Assembly (NCBI GenBank): GCA_046704385.1 | Contig: JBJKSB010000041.1 | Coordinates: 159,106 to 223,105, forward strand | DNA: 64,000 nt | Direction of reading: 5' to 3' | DNA from: Bacteroidales bacterium | GTDB taxonomy: Bacteria; Bacteroidota; Bacteroidia; Bacteroidales; SZUA-534 | Position numbers and translations under genes: made by a program | Shown: piece by piece, positions 37,818 to 47,183 of the stretch | Position numbering within the stretch: the stretch's first letter is position 1 | How the letters are laid out: the number at the start of each line of letters is the position of its first letter | Notes under the pieces: model-generated | The model's input: only the letters and a program-made list of their open reading frames with translations | What the model was told of the DNA's origin: nothing | Database searches by the model: none

Positions 37818-38939
37818 ATGAGCCAGATGCTTTTAATTATCATTAACATAATAACCCTTTTTCAGATTATTTTCTTTACTGCATTTTTATTTTTTAAAAG
37901 AAGAAATCGTTTGTCTAACAAGCTGTTAATAGGCTTTTTGATTTCTCAGGGACTTATATATATCAACAATTTAGGCTTTTTGTTTTATGATTTCTTCTAC
38001 AAAAACCTGCCCCATTTGTTCTATATAGGCGAACCATTTATATTCCTTTGGGCTCCTTTCCTATACCTGTATATACGCTCATTAACTAATAGCGACTTTA
38101 AAATGAGCCGGAAACAATTGCCTCATTTTCTTCCTTTTTTTACTGCCTTTGTTTTTTTATTCATCACAGTCTATATTCATAGAGCCGAAACCAAACGACT
38201 AATTCTCCGAACCCATGATATTGGCCTGTTTTCCGACATTTGGAATTCGGTATGTCACATCCAAATCATGGTTTATGTTATTGTTTCCATTATTCATTTG
38301 AATCGTTTTGCAGTACGACTGAAAAATAATTATTCCAGCATTGAAAAAATCAACCTTTCCTGGTTAAGGGTCATATTGTACTGTTATATTGTTGCATGGG
38401 TTATAGCCTTGTCACATTTAGTCAGAAGGTGGATTCTTGTTGAGACACCTGAAATTTTCACTATAACGGTATACTTGTTCTTCCTAGCCTTTTTTAATAT
38501 TATTGTATTCAAAGCGCTTACTACTCCTGAAATTTTCTTTAGTCAGAATATACCTGTAGCGGAGAAGAAAAAATCATTATCGGAGAACAAAAGAAAGCAG
38601 TACCTTGAAAAAGTGGAAAAGTACGTAATTGACAACAAGGCCTATCTTTCGCCAACCATCAGCCTGAGCGAATTGGCTGAAATGGTGGAAATTCCTCCCC
38701 GTTCCCTTTCGGAAGTATTGAATCAATCGCTGAACCAGAGTTTCTTCGATTTTATTAATAAATACAGAATTGATGAAGCAGAAAAATTGCTGTTAAGTAC
38801 GGATGACGATTCAATAACTGTTTCGGAGGTTATTTGGGATGTGGGATTTAACAGTAAATCAGCGTTTTATAATGCTTTTAAAAAACACAAAGGATATTCT
38901 CCTGCCCGGTTAAAACAAATTCGTAATACAGGTTTTTAA
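37818..38939 (+). CDS. Membrane-anchored AraC-family transcriptional regulator
   Basis: 373 aa. The N-terminal ~235 aa contains several TM helices. The C-terminal HTH_AraC domain contains 'LSELAEMVEIPPRSLSEVLN' and 'VIWDVGFNSKSAFYNAFKKHKGYSP'. Confidence 0.8.
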   Translation: MSQMLLIIINIITLFQIIFFTAFLFFKRRNRLSNKLLIGFLISQGLIYINNLGFLFYDFFYKNLPHLFYIGEPFIFLWAPFLYLYIRSLTNSDFKMSRKQLPHFLPFFTAFVFLFITVYIHRAETKRLILRTHDIGLFSDIWNSVCHIQIMVYVIVSIIHLNRFAVRLKNNYSSIEKINLSWLRVILYCYIVAWVIALSHLVRRWILVETPEIFTITVYLFFLAFFNIIVFKALTTPEIFFSQNIPVAEKKKSLSENKRKQYLEKVEKYVIDNKAYLSPTISLSELAEMVEIPPRSLSEVLNQSLNQSFFDFINKYRIDEAEKLLLSTDDDSITVSEVIWDVGFNSKSAFYNAFKKHKGYSPARLKQIRNTGF

Positions 38940-39064
38940 TATAATAATAGTGATCTGGTATTCATAAAATGTTTCCTTCTTTCAGCGCTGCGTAAAATTC
39001 AGGACTTGTTTCAGATATATTTTTTCTTCATTCGCTTAAAAAATTTATCAAACATTATAAAATC

Positions 39065-40564
39065 ATGAAAAAAGTTAATGTTATTCTAATCCTTAATCTG
39101 TGTTTTTTATTTTTAGTAAATCATGCGGTTCTTAATGCACAGAACGGAGTTGTTTGGAAATTTCAAACAAAAGGGATGATTACATCATCGCCCGTTATTG
39201 CTGATGGAAAAGTTTACTTTGGTAGTGACGATTCCTGCTTATACTGCCGAAATGCCCTAACTGGTGATTCTGTCTGGAGTTACAAAACGAATACCCCTAT
39301 TCTTTCAATTCCGGTTATAAGTAAAGGCATGATTTTTTTTGAGAGTGGAAATAATCTTTATGCCCTGAATGCCGAATCGGGAAATGAAATCTGGAAATTT
39401 GTTCCGGAATTTGATACTCTGGCCGGTAAAATCGATCCCTGGGATTATCACCATTCGTCGCCTTTTGTAGATGATACAATGGTATATTATGGCTGTGGCA
39501 ATGGAAAAGTGTATGGTTTAGCGATAGCTGGTGGAACGGTTGCAGCACAGTATTCCACGGTAAATAATTCAGCGGTTCGCAGTACTCCATCTGTAAAAGG
39601 CGGAATACTTTATTTTGGCGACTGGCATAGTCGTTTATATGCTTTTAATTTGAAAGCAAACGATACACTCTGGACTATTATTGAAACTTCCAACCCCTTA
39701 CCTTATGCGACATTTGGAGCATTTGTTACCGGATTCACTTTCTATAATGATTTGCTATTTGCCGGGGCAAGAAATAATACGGTCAGGGCTGTTGATATTA
39801 AAACCGGTAATGATGTCTGGTCCATATATGATAATTCAGGGTCGTGGATGCCGGGTGATCCGGTCATATATGATACGATTTTGTATATAGGGGGTTCAGA
39901 TAACAAGTCATTTTGGGCCCTAAATGCAAATACCGGCGAGAAAATATGGACTTACCTTGCAGGGCAGAATATTTTCAGTAAACCTATTGTCTGTAAAAAT
40001 TATATTTTTTTTACGAGTGGTAATGGTGGAACTTATGACCTACCTAATCCTAATAGCAGTGGATACCTGCATTTAATAAACAGGAGTACGGGTACATTAG
40101 TCAATAAATTTAGGGTAAACGGGAGTATCTTTTCATCTCCGGTAATAAGCGATGGAATAATATATTTCGGATCAAACGACAGCACATTGTATGCCATTGA
40201 TTCTGCCTATCTGTTCCGGCCTATTCCCTACTTAAGTTTCCCGACACAAAAATCTGTTTTATTAGGCAAAATTTATCGCGATACAACCGTAAATATTATC
40301 TTACGAAACAAGGGTGATATTGCTGATACCTTGTTAATTGATGTTACCTGTAATAAAACGATTACTAAAAGCATATATAATATCTCAGATGAAACAATAA
40401 TTATTGGAGCTCTCGACTCGTGTACCTTACAGGTAACCATTCATCCTAAAAACCTGGCACCCGATAATTATGAACTAAAAGTGAGTTTTAATTCTCATGA
40501 AATCAACTGGTTAGACCTATCAAAAAAAATTATCTTTAATATTCCAATAGCGACGTTTAAGTAA
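39065..40564 (+). CDS. Secreted PQQ-like/BamB-like beta-propeller repeat protein with a C-terminal Ig-like domain
   Basis: 499 aa with a signal peptide. It has repeated 'G..VW.....I.SSPV..DG.VYFGS.D..LYA' blades. Confidence 0.7.
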   Translation: MKKVNVILILNLCFLFLVNHAVLNAQNGVVWKFQTKGMITSSPVIADGKVYFGSDDSCLYCRNALTGDSVWSYKTNTPILSIPVISKGMIFFESGNNLYALNAESGNEIWKFVPEFDTLAGKIDPWDYHHSSPFVDDTMVYYGCGNGKVYGLAIAGGTVAAQYSTVNNSAVRSTPSVKGGILYFGDWHSRLYAFNLKANDTLWTIIETSNPLPYATFGAFVTGFTFYNDLLFAGARNNTVRAVDIKTGNDVWSIYDNSGSWMPGDPVIYDTILYIGGSDNKSFWALNANTGEKIWTYLAGQNIFSKPIVCKNYIFFTSGNGGTYDLPNPNSSGYLHLINRSTGTLVNKFRVNGSIFSSPVISDGIIYFGSNDSTLYAIDSAYLFRPIPYLSFPTQKSVLLGKIYRDTTVNIILRNKGDIADTLLIDVTCNKTITKSIYNISDETIIIGALDSCTLQVTIHPKNLAPDNYELKVSFNSHEINWLDLSKKIIFNIPIATFK

Positions 40565-40770
40565 CCATCCTTGGGCGGCCTTAACAGCCTGGAATTTAAA
40601 TGCAATCAGGACTTTTTAGAGTAATGACCTAACAAAATCATTTGAATTAATTAATGGTAAAATTCAAAATATTATTACCATAATAAATCAGCGCTGATTG
40701 AAGAAGATACTATTTCATTAATACGCAGGTTTAAATAATTTATTCCGGAATTTGGCTAATTGTACGGAAT

Positions 40771-40857
40771 CTGAAAGGGGTTTGTTTGTTTCCATACAAA
40801 CCCTTTCCAGATTTATTGGAAAAATGGAAAACACATAATAAACGAGTCCATTTTTCC
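40771..40857. other. Two adjacent long hairpins in a convergent intergenic region
   Basis: The first is at 40771-40810 with a 13/15-bp stem (CTGAAAGGGGTTTGT / ACAAACCCTTTCCAG). The second is at 40818-40857 with a perfect 11-bp stem (GGAAAAATGGA / TCCATTTTTCC). No T-runs follow. A bridging pairing CTTTCCA/TGGAAA is also possible. Confidence 0.4.
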
Positions 40858-40944
40858 AAAATTCCAGTATTCCTCAAATACAAATTGGTTAAAATTCGCA
40901 ACAATTCATTTTATAACAATTGCATTTGATAGACTCGCGTTAAT

Positions 40945-41949
40945 TTATTTTGGTGCTATTTCCAATACCATAAAAGATCCCGGTTTTGCTTTAGGTCTCC
41001 GTTGCCCTTCGACGCGTGGTTCAAATTCTGCTGTGGGTAAAAAGATATGATGCGTTTTAGGATCGACACAAATAGTTCGTGCACCTTGTTGAGTTGGAAC
41101 AGATGCAAGTACCGTAAACTGATCGCCATTTTCTTGCACAACCGTTAAAGTACCTTCGCCATTTGAACTGTAAGCTCTTCCCAACCCACCATCAAAACCG
41201 GCTCCATCAGTGTGGCCTCCAATAGGTAAGGTTGTGATAACTTTTTCTGTTTTCAGGTCGAAAACCGTCATTAATTTATTGCCGCAAACGCTAAAAAGTT
41301 TCTGGTGTTCAAAATCTGCTGCAAGTCCGCTGGGTTCTTCTCCCGGGGCTATCGACCAACTTTTCAGCACTTTCAATGCTTTTGAATCTATGCAGGTAAT
41401 TAACGATTTATCTTCAATATTCACATAAACTTTTCCATGCCCATCCGCTGCCGAAAATTCGGGTTTGCCTTCGAGGGCAATGGTGGCCACCACTTTATGG
41501 GTGACGGCATCAATAACGGTTGCATCCGAACTGCGCCCATTGAAAGCAAATACTTTATTGCTGAACGGATCAAATAAAATAGCATCGGGATTGGCCCCGG
41601 TCGATTTCACCTTATCAATAACCTTATCAGTATTTAAATTAAAAACTATAATCATCGAATCTCTTCCACTCGAAATAAATCCCTGATTAAGTTTTTCGGC
41701 CAATGCAATTCCATGAACCCCGTTTAATCCGTCAATGGTTGCCGCCAACTTTCCTGATTTAGTGTCAACAATTTGAACAACGCTTCCATGCGAAACATAT
41801 AAACGCCCATTGGAATCAATGGATAAATAATCCCAAAATCCATCATCTCCGGGAATACTGATTTTTTTAACGATGGAATACGAACTGGTTTCCTGTGCGG
41901 AGCTGAATAGAGCAGCCACAAGACATGCTAAAAAAAAGAATGTTTTCAT
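40945..41949 (-). CDS. Secreted YVTN/YncE-like beta-propeller protein
   Basis: 334 aa with the signal 'FFFLACLVAALFSSAQ'. It has a repeated blade pattern 'V.VID..T.KV...I...G.P'. Confidence 0.7.
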   Translation of the reverse strand: MKTFFFLACLVAALFSSAQETSSYSIVKKISIPGDDGFWDYLSIDSNGRLYVSHGSVVQIVDTKSGKLAATIDGLNGVHGIALAEKLNQGFISSGRDSMIIVFNLNTDKVIDKVKSTGANPDAILFDPFSNKVFAFNGRSSDATVIDAVTHKVVATIALEGKPEFSAADGHGKVYVNIEDKSLITCIDSKALKVLKSWSIAPGEEPSGLAADFEHQKLFSVCGNKLMTVFDLKTEKVITTLPIGGHTDGAGFDGGLGRAYSSNGEGTLTVVQENGDQFTVLASVPTQQGARTICVDPKTHHIFLPTAEFEPRVEGQRRPKAKPGSFMVLEIAPK

Positions 41950-42196
41950 TATGAATTAAATTTAATTAGATTAAGCAAGAAACCCAGGTCTTTTTAAGGA
42001 CCAACTTTCGAAGTTACCTAATATTGGAATACGTTATTACCAAATTGTGATTTTTGTTGCTAAAATGTCATGTTTATATATTAATTATAAGCACCCTTTG
42101 CCCTGTCAGGCATTTCCCTCAGAGAAGGAAAATGCTAAATAACAAGACCGCATCAATTATAAATGGTCTGGATTATTTGAGACAATAAAAATTTTA

Positions 42197-42919
42197 TTAG
42201 TTTGAATAACTTAGCAGTTCATCGATACTCCATGAATTATCAACTTTTTCCTTATACTGAACAAAAATATGTGGAGGGGCCACAGTGAAGTATAAATAAT
42301 AAATGTCGGGAGCAAACCACGATTGCCATCCGCCCACCGATAAGGCAAGCACATAACACTCATAAGTTCCGGCTTTCACGGTGACAGTTTCCCGTTTTAC
42401 CTCGGCCAGGTTCATGGTTAACACATCGCCATAAGCGTACATATAAGTTTTAAATGAGAGTTTTTTGTCTGGCTGGTCGAATGGAAAACCCCGAAAAGAG
42501 AAATAGTAGGCCAATGGGGAATAAATATTGGTTTCGTCAGTGGTCACTGTTTTATCGGTATTTTTTTCTGCATTATAAAAATGGACGGTGTTGCCGTTTT
42601 TTTCATACGACTGAATAACTTTCCCGGTCCGCAAATCGGTGCGCTTCTCCGAAATGGTAGTTAAATCATTGTATTTTAAAATGATATCATTGGCAAAAAA
42701 ACCACCCTCATTTGCATGAACCTTATACACCTTTCCTCCGTTTTGTTCAGTCAACGAGACATCTATTTTTGAGTTAGCCCGGCCAATTGATGGATCAACC
42801 AATTCATTAATTTCAAACGATTCTTTGGCAGGAATTCCGGGGTTTTTTAAAACCGGCTGGGCGGGACTCATAAATCCAATGGAGGAAAGGGACAGAAAGA
42901 ATAACAGCTTTTTAACCAT
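42197..42919 (-). CDS. Secreted protein of unknown function
   Basis: 240 aa with an N-terminal signal peptide. I recognise no motif. Confidence 0.7.
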   Translation of the reverse strand: MVKKLLFFLSLSSIGFMSPAQPVLKNPGIPAKESFEINELVDPSIGRANSKIDVSLTEQNGGKVYKVHANEGGFFANDIILKYNDLTTISEKRTDLRTGKVIQSYEKNGNTVHFYNAEKNTDKTVTTDETNIYSPLAYYFSFRGFPFDQPDKKLSFKTYMYAYGDVLTMNLAEVKRETVTVKAGTYECYVLALSVGGWQSWFAPDIYYLYFTVAPPHIFVQYKEKVDNSWSIDELLSYSN

Positions 42920-43009
42920 GGTTTTTAATCAAAGAAACAACCTTAAAAAATAAATGTTTTCATGGGTATCAAAATTCGTGCTATAAAGAAGAAGAAAAGG
43001 TAATATGGT

Positions 43010-43049
43010 AAAAATAAAAAAGGCACCCAAGTTTACCCTGAATGCCTTT
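43010..43049 (-). terminator. Rho-independent terminator of the tRNA gene
   Basis: On the minus strand, AAAGGCA-(17 nt)-TGCCTTT is followed by TTTATTTTT. Confidence 0.6.
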
Positions 43050-43050
43050 G

Positions 43051-43125
43051 TGGGCCCAGCTGGGCTCGAACCAGCGACCCCCTGATTATGAGTCAGGTGC
43101 TACTAACCAACTGAGCTATGGGCCC
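43051..43125 (-). tRNA. tRNA with CAT anticodon (elongator Met or lysidine-modified Ile2; cannot be told apart by eye)
   Basis: The minus-strand sequence is GGGCCCA-TA-GCTC..AGC-A-CCTGA-CTCATAA-TCAGG-GGGTC-GCTGG-TTCGAGC-CCAGC-TGGGCCC-A. This gives a full cloverleaf. CCA is not encoded. Confidence 0.85.
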
Positions 43126-43181
43126 TAAATATTTTGTACTAACCAATATTTAGTTAATTATCCAAACCTATTAAGAACATT

Positions 43182-43234
43182 GCGACCCTCCCGATGTGAA
43201 TCGGGATGCTACTAACCAACTGAGCTATGGGCCC
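43182..43234 (-). pseudogene. Truncated tRNA-like copy (5' acceptor, D-arm and a diverged anticodon-arm-like hairpin; no T-arm or 3' acceptor)
   Basis: The minus-strand sequence is GGGCCCATAGCTCAGTTGGTTAGTAGCA-TCCCGATTCACATCGGGA-GGGTCGC. Similarity to the intact tRNA then stops. The anticodon-like hairpin has a 6-nt loop. Confidence 0.5.
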
Positions 43235-43429
43235 TAAATATTTTGTACTAACCAAATAGTTTAAATAGTATTCTTTTTTAAGAACGTTTGAGTATAACTC
43301 AATCCCAAATTTTTGGGAGTGCAATTTTACGCAATTGTTAAATATTTCCCAAATAATTTGCCCGTTTTTTAACTCGAAACAGATTAATGAACCTTAGGCT
43401 TATCATAAAACCGAATACTTATTTTCCAT

Positions 43430-44539
43430 TCAATGTTTTTTGTATTCTGTAAACAACGACAAAATCCCTTCCTTCGATGCCGGACAAATCCCTCTTTCTG
43501 TGATTAATCCGGAAATGAATCTCGCCGGGGTAACATCAAACCCATAGTTGGCCACCTGGGTTTGTTCGGGCATTAATAATGCATTTTGGGATTTTCCGTC
43601 TACCAGGCATTCCATTTCGCGGACTTCCTCACCACCTCGTTCCTCAATAATAATATCCTTGCCGTTTTCCAGGTCAAAATCAATGGTTGAGGAGGGCAAT
43701 GCCACGTAAAAGGGAATGGAATTATCGTGTGCTGCCAGCGCTTTTAAATAGGTTCCAATTTTGTTGGCAACATCACCATTAATGGTAGTTCGGTCGCTAC
43801 CCACAATAACCATATCAACCATTCCATGTTGCATCAGATGCCCACCGGTATTATCGGCAATTACCGTACACGGAACACCGGCTTTTTCAAGTTCCCAGGC
43901 AGTAAGCCGGGCCCCCTGGTTTCGGGGACGGGTTTCATCAACCCAAACATGAACCGGAATCCCTTTTGAATGTGCCTTATAAATTGGCGCAAGGGCTGTA
44001 CCCCAGTCTACACAGGCCAGCCAACCGGCATTACAATGTGTTAAAAAATGAACAGGTTGCGATCTTTTTTTCTGATACAAATTTTCAATAATTGTCAATC
44101 CATTATCACCTATCAGGCTGCAATTCTCAATTTCCTGTTTTTCGGTTTTCCGGGCCAATTCAAGTGATAGCTTAGTTAATTGGGAGTTATTTGTTGTTGA
44201 AAGCAAAACAGAAGTAATTTTATCGACAACAAATTCCAGGTTTACTGCTGTTGGCCTTGCCGATTTAAGATATCGGGCCGTTTTGTTAAGAACGTCTTTT
44301 GATAAGTTTTCCGGGTTATTCTGCAGCGCCAGATAAATTCCATAAGCAGCGGTTACTCCAATCAAAGGGGCTCCCCTGACTATCATTTCTTTAATCGCCA
44401 GAAATGAATCTTCTACAGAGGTTAATTGTAGCACCTCGAACGCAAAAGGGAGCTTTCGCTGATCGATTACAAAAACTTTGTTTTCACTCTGATTATACCA
44501 AATGGACTGATAAGGTTTTTCATTTACCAACATAGACAT
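43430..44539 (-). CDS. mtnA: S-methyl-5-thioribose-1-phosphate isomerase (eIF-2B alpha/beta/delta family)
   Basis: 369 aa. It contains 'VIDQRKLP', 'MIVRGAPLIGVTAAYG', 'THCNAGWLA' and 'VGSDRTTINGDVANKIGTY'. Confidence 0.85.
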   Translation of the reverse strand: MSMLVNEKPYQSIWYNQSENKVFVIDQRKLPFAFEVLQLTSVEDSFLAIKEMIVRGAPLIGVTAAYGIYLALQNNPENLSKDVLNKTARYLKSARPTAVNLEFVVDKITSVLLSTTNNSQLTKLSLELARKTEKQEIENCSLIGDNGLTIIENLYQKKRSQPVHFLTHCNAGWLACVDWGTALAPIYKAHSKGIPVHVWVDETRPRNQGARLTAWELEKAGVPCTVIADNTGGHLMQHGMVDMVIVGSDRTTINGDVANKIGTYLKALAAHDNSIPFYVALPSSTIDFDLENGKDIIIEERGGEEVREMECLVDGKSQNALLMPEQTQVANYGFDVTPARFISGLITERGICPASKEGILSLFTEYKKH

Positions 44540-44556
44540 TTTAATTTACATTCATG

Positions 44557-44564
44557 CAAATATA
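44557..44564 (-). promoter_or_regulatory. Bacteroidota -7 box (TATATTTG) for mtnA
   Basis: This matches the TAnnTTTG consensus on the minus strand, 18 nt upstream of the mtnA ATG. Confidence 0.45.
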
Positions 44565-44588
44565 TCCATTCATATCAAGCTTAGTTAT

Positions 44589-44596
44589 TATATTTG
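44589..44596 (+). promoter_or_regulatory. Bacteroidota -7 box (TATATTTG) for the HAD hydrolase gene
   Basis: This matches TAnnTTTG, 19 nt upstream of ATG 44615. It overlaps the TTG 'start' at 44594, which argues against that start. Confidence 0.45.
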
Positions 44597-44614
44597 CGCT
44601 TTAATTTTTTCAGC

Positions 44615-45229
44615 ATGCAGGTTGATTTATCCTTATACAACACAATTATATTCGATTTTGGAGGAGTGATTTTCGATATTGATCCTGAGCGGACCCGGCA
44701 TTCCTTTAATAAACTGTATGGATCAGCTTTGGTTGACCGGTTTTATCAAAATGAGGTTTTAATGAAATTCGAAAAAGGACAGATTACAGCTAATGATTTG
44801 CGAAAAGAAGTTCAAAAAATAACCGGGATCACGGTTAAGGACGAAATTTTTGACCGGGCCTGGAATGCCATGTTGATAGACTATAAACCCAAAAGAATTG
44901 AGCGAATTCAAATGTTGGGAAAAACACATAAACTATTAATGCTAAGTAATACCAATGATCTTCATTTTGCTTTTTTTTCCAATAAGTTGAAAAGAGAATA
45001 CGGTGTTACTTTTTATGATTTATTTGATTCTGTGTATTTGTCGCATGAAATGGGGTTATTAAAACCAGATAAAGAAATTTACAAACAGGTTTTAATTCAG
45101 CAAAATCTTGATCCGGAACGCACCCTGTTTATTGAAGACACCAAAGAAAATGCTGAAGCAGCAAAAGTCCTTGGTATTGAGACATTGATTATTCCCCGAA
45201 ACGGCAGTTTTTACGAATATTTTTTATAG
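44615..45229 (+). CDS. HAD-superfamily hydrolase (subfamily IA type)
   Basis: Motif I-like is 'IIFDFGGVIFDI', motif II-like is 'LLMLSNTN' and motif IV-like is 'LFIEDT'. The ORF is open from 44594 (TTG), but the ATG at 44615 is preferred. Confidence 0.8.
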   Translation: MQVDLSLYNTIIFDFGGVIFDIDPERTRHSFNKLYGSALVDRFYQNEVLMKFEKGQITANDLRKEVQKITGITVKDEIFDRAWNAMLIDYKPKRIERIQMLGKTHKLLMLSNTNDLHFAFFSNKLKREYGVTFYDLFDSVYLSHEMGLLKPDKEIYKQVLIQQNLDPERTLFIEDTKENAEAAKVLGIETLIIPRNGSFYEYFL

Positions 45230-45233
45230 TGGA

Positions 45234-46022
45234 TTATCTCTTTTTAAAAGTTTCGGTTTTAATACCGTAGTTTAAAAAGTAATCGCCTTTGGCTAGTTTA
45301 GTGATATCAACCCGTGCAGAATAACCTTTATCGACCAGGTTGCCATAGTAATCATAAATTTCGTACAAAGTTTCCCTAGAAAAAACGATTTCAGTTGTTG
45401 GTTTAGCCGGTTCAAATGTTACGGGAGGCAGCGGCGAGCGATATCTTATCTCTGTGCTGTATCGTGGTTTTCGTGTATAATCAACTTGTTTTATGCGAAA
45501 ACGGTTACTGCCTGAATGTGGATGAACCTGCAAACTGTAACTATTGGTTCCTGAAGTTCCAATACCATCAACCGTTCCAACGTTTACCCATTTATTCCAT
45601 CGGAATTGTTCAACTATAAAAGGCAATGAACCACTTTCAGCAGTAGTGGTCCAGGTCAGCATACCCTCGCGGTCAATTTTCATATTAGCAGCAACAAAAG
45701 TACTTTGGGGTTTTAACACTTCCGGGTTAATAACCTTGGGCAAACAGCCGTCCTTATGTTTAATTACAATAATGAGCTTGTCTCCTTTCGAAAACTGAAA
45801 AACAGTCAAATCAATTTCAAATGCACTTGAGTTTATTTCATCGGTAGTAAGCTGGCCGTTTACAGTGACTTCGTACACACAAAAACCTACGCCAGATGAA
45901 GCAAACGGGTTCATAACATAAATGTTCTTGCCCTGATACACTCCTTTAAGCACAATTTCGCCCGATGCAAATACTTGAAAGCATGCAAATAAAAAAAGTA
46001 CTACGGTAAATACTTGTTTCAT
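45234..46022 (-). CDS. Secreted protein of unknown function, possibly with a T9SS-CTD-like C-terminus
   Basis: 262 aa with the signal 'VVLFLFACFQVFAS'. The C-terminus 'YEIYDYYGNLVDKGYSARVDITKLAKGDYFLNY' resembles a CTD. Confidence 0.65.
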   Translation of the reverse strand: MKQVFTVVLFLFACFQVFASGEIVLKGVYQGKNIYVMNPFASSGVGFCVYEVTVNGQLTTDEINSSAFEIDLTVFQFSKGDKLIIVIKHKDGCLPKVINPEVLKPQSTFVAANMKIDREGMLTWTTTAESGSLPFIVEQFRWNKWVNVGTVDGIGTSGTNSYSLQVHPHSGSNRFRIKQVDYTRKPRYSTEIRYRSPLPPVTFEPAKPTTEIVFSRETLYEIYDYYGNLVDKGYSARVDITKLAKGDYFLNYGIKTETFKKR

Positions 46023-46379
46023 TATTAACTATTTAATTTCAAGGGCAGCAAAATACTGCATTTCAATTTTTAATCCGGTAATTTCCACAAAAATATTGAA
46101 CTATGCTTAAACCATTCAAAAACCAATGAATTTGTTGAACAACCAAAACTAATATAAATATTTATTTTATAAAAATCTCTAACATTTAAACTTACATCAA
46201 TTTTAAAATCACCTATCTGCTTTTATGGGGTCTGGCATGAGGGTAAATATAACTTATAATATATATAAGGCCAAAATCAAAAGGTCTTAAATTACTTTCG
46301 TTAAAGATTTATTAAATAGAAACTATTATTTACTGTATCGCGAAAAATAATTTATTACTTTGTGCTAAAATTTTTTGTT

Positions 46380-47183
46380 ATGACATTATTGTATATTCAC
46401 TGGAATGTGACACCCGAGATTTTCACTATTACTAAATGGGGTTGGGGTCCTCGGTGGTACGGATTACTTTTTGCCCTGGCTTTTGTTTTTGGCTATTATA
46501 TAATGCTTAAGTTCTTTAAAAAAGAAGGAATTAAGCAGGAGGTTCTCGACACTTTAACCATGTACATGTTTTTAGGTACTTTAATTGGCGCTCGTTTAGG
46601 CCATTGTTTATTTTATGAGCCAGGCTACTATTTGCATCATCCGTTGAAAATATTTGCAGTTTGGCAGGGAGGGTTGGCCAGTCATGGCGCTGCATTAGGA
46701 ATTTTAATCGCATTATATTTATTTGTCAGGAAGCAAAAAAAGCCCTACCTCTGGATACTCGATCGTATTGGTATCGTGGTGGCGTTGTCCGGATTTTTTA
46801 TCCGTACAGGAAATCTGATGAACTCTGAGATTTACGGACATGCAACAACCCTTCCCTGGGGTTTTATTTTTGAACGCAATCATGAAACAGTAGCCAAGCA
46901 TCCTACTCAGATTTATGAAGCACTAAGTTATCTGGCTATTTTTACGTTATTATATTTCCTTTTTGAAAAAACTAAAGTAGGTGAACGAAAAGGTTTACTT
47001 TTTGGTATCTTTTTAGTTTTGCTGTTTTCTGCCCGTTTCTTAATTGAATTTGTAAAGGAAGATCAGGTTGGATTCGAAGCAAACATGACCTTGAATATGG
47101 GGCAGTTGCTAAGTATACCGCTGGTACTGGCCGGAGTAGTTTTAATATATAATGCTATGCGAAAATCGCCGGTAAAACAATGA
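46380..47183 (+). CDS. lgt: Prolipoprotein diacylglyceryl transferase
   Basis: It contains 'RWYGLLFALAF', 'GARLGHCLFYEP', 'GGLASHGA' and 'HPTQIYEAL'. The ORF is open from GTG 46362, but ATG 46380 is preferred because a TACTTTG -7-like box overlaps 46362. Confidence 0.9.
   Translation: MTLLYIHWNVTPEIFTITKWGWGPRWYGLLFALAFVFGYYIMLKFFKKEGIKQEVLDTLTMYMFLGTLIGARLGHCLFYEPGYYLHHPLKIFAVWQGGLASHGAALGILIALYLFVRKQKKPYLWILDRIGIVVALSGFFIRTGNLMNSEIYGHATTLPWGFIFERNHETVAKHPTQIYEALSYLAIFTLLYFLFEKTKVGERKGLLFGIFLVLLFSARFLIEFVKEDQVGFEANMTLNMGQLLSIPLVLAGVVLIYNAMRKSPVKQ

Noticed and set aside
43182-43234. A second functional tRNA (possible anticodon CAC or TCA)
   Set aside because: The anticodon-like loop has 6 nt. 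There is no T-arm or 3' acceptor strand, so no cloverleaf can be drawn. It is treated as a fragment.
42920-43429. Integrative element or prophage boundary at the tRNA
   Set aside because: I saw no integrase, excisionase, phage or conjugation gene within the window. I also noticed no duplicate of the tRNA 3' end in the intergenic regions I read. The duplicated part is the 5' half.
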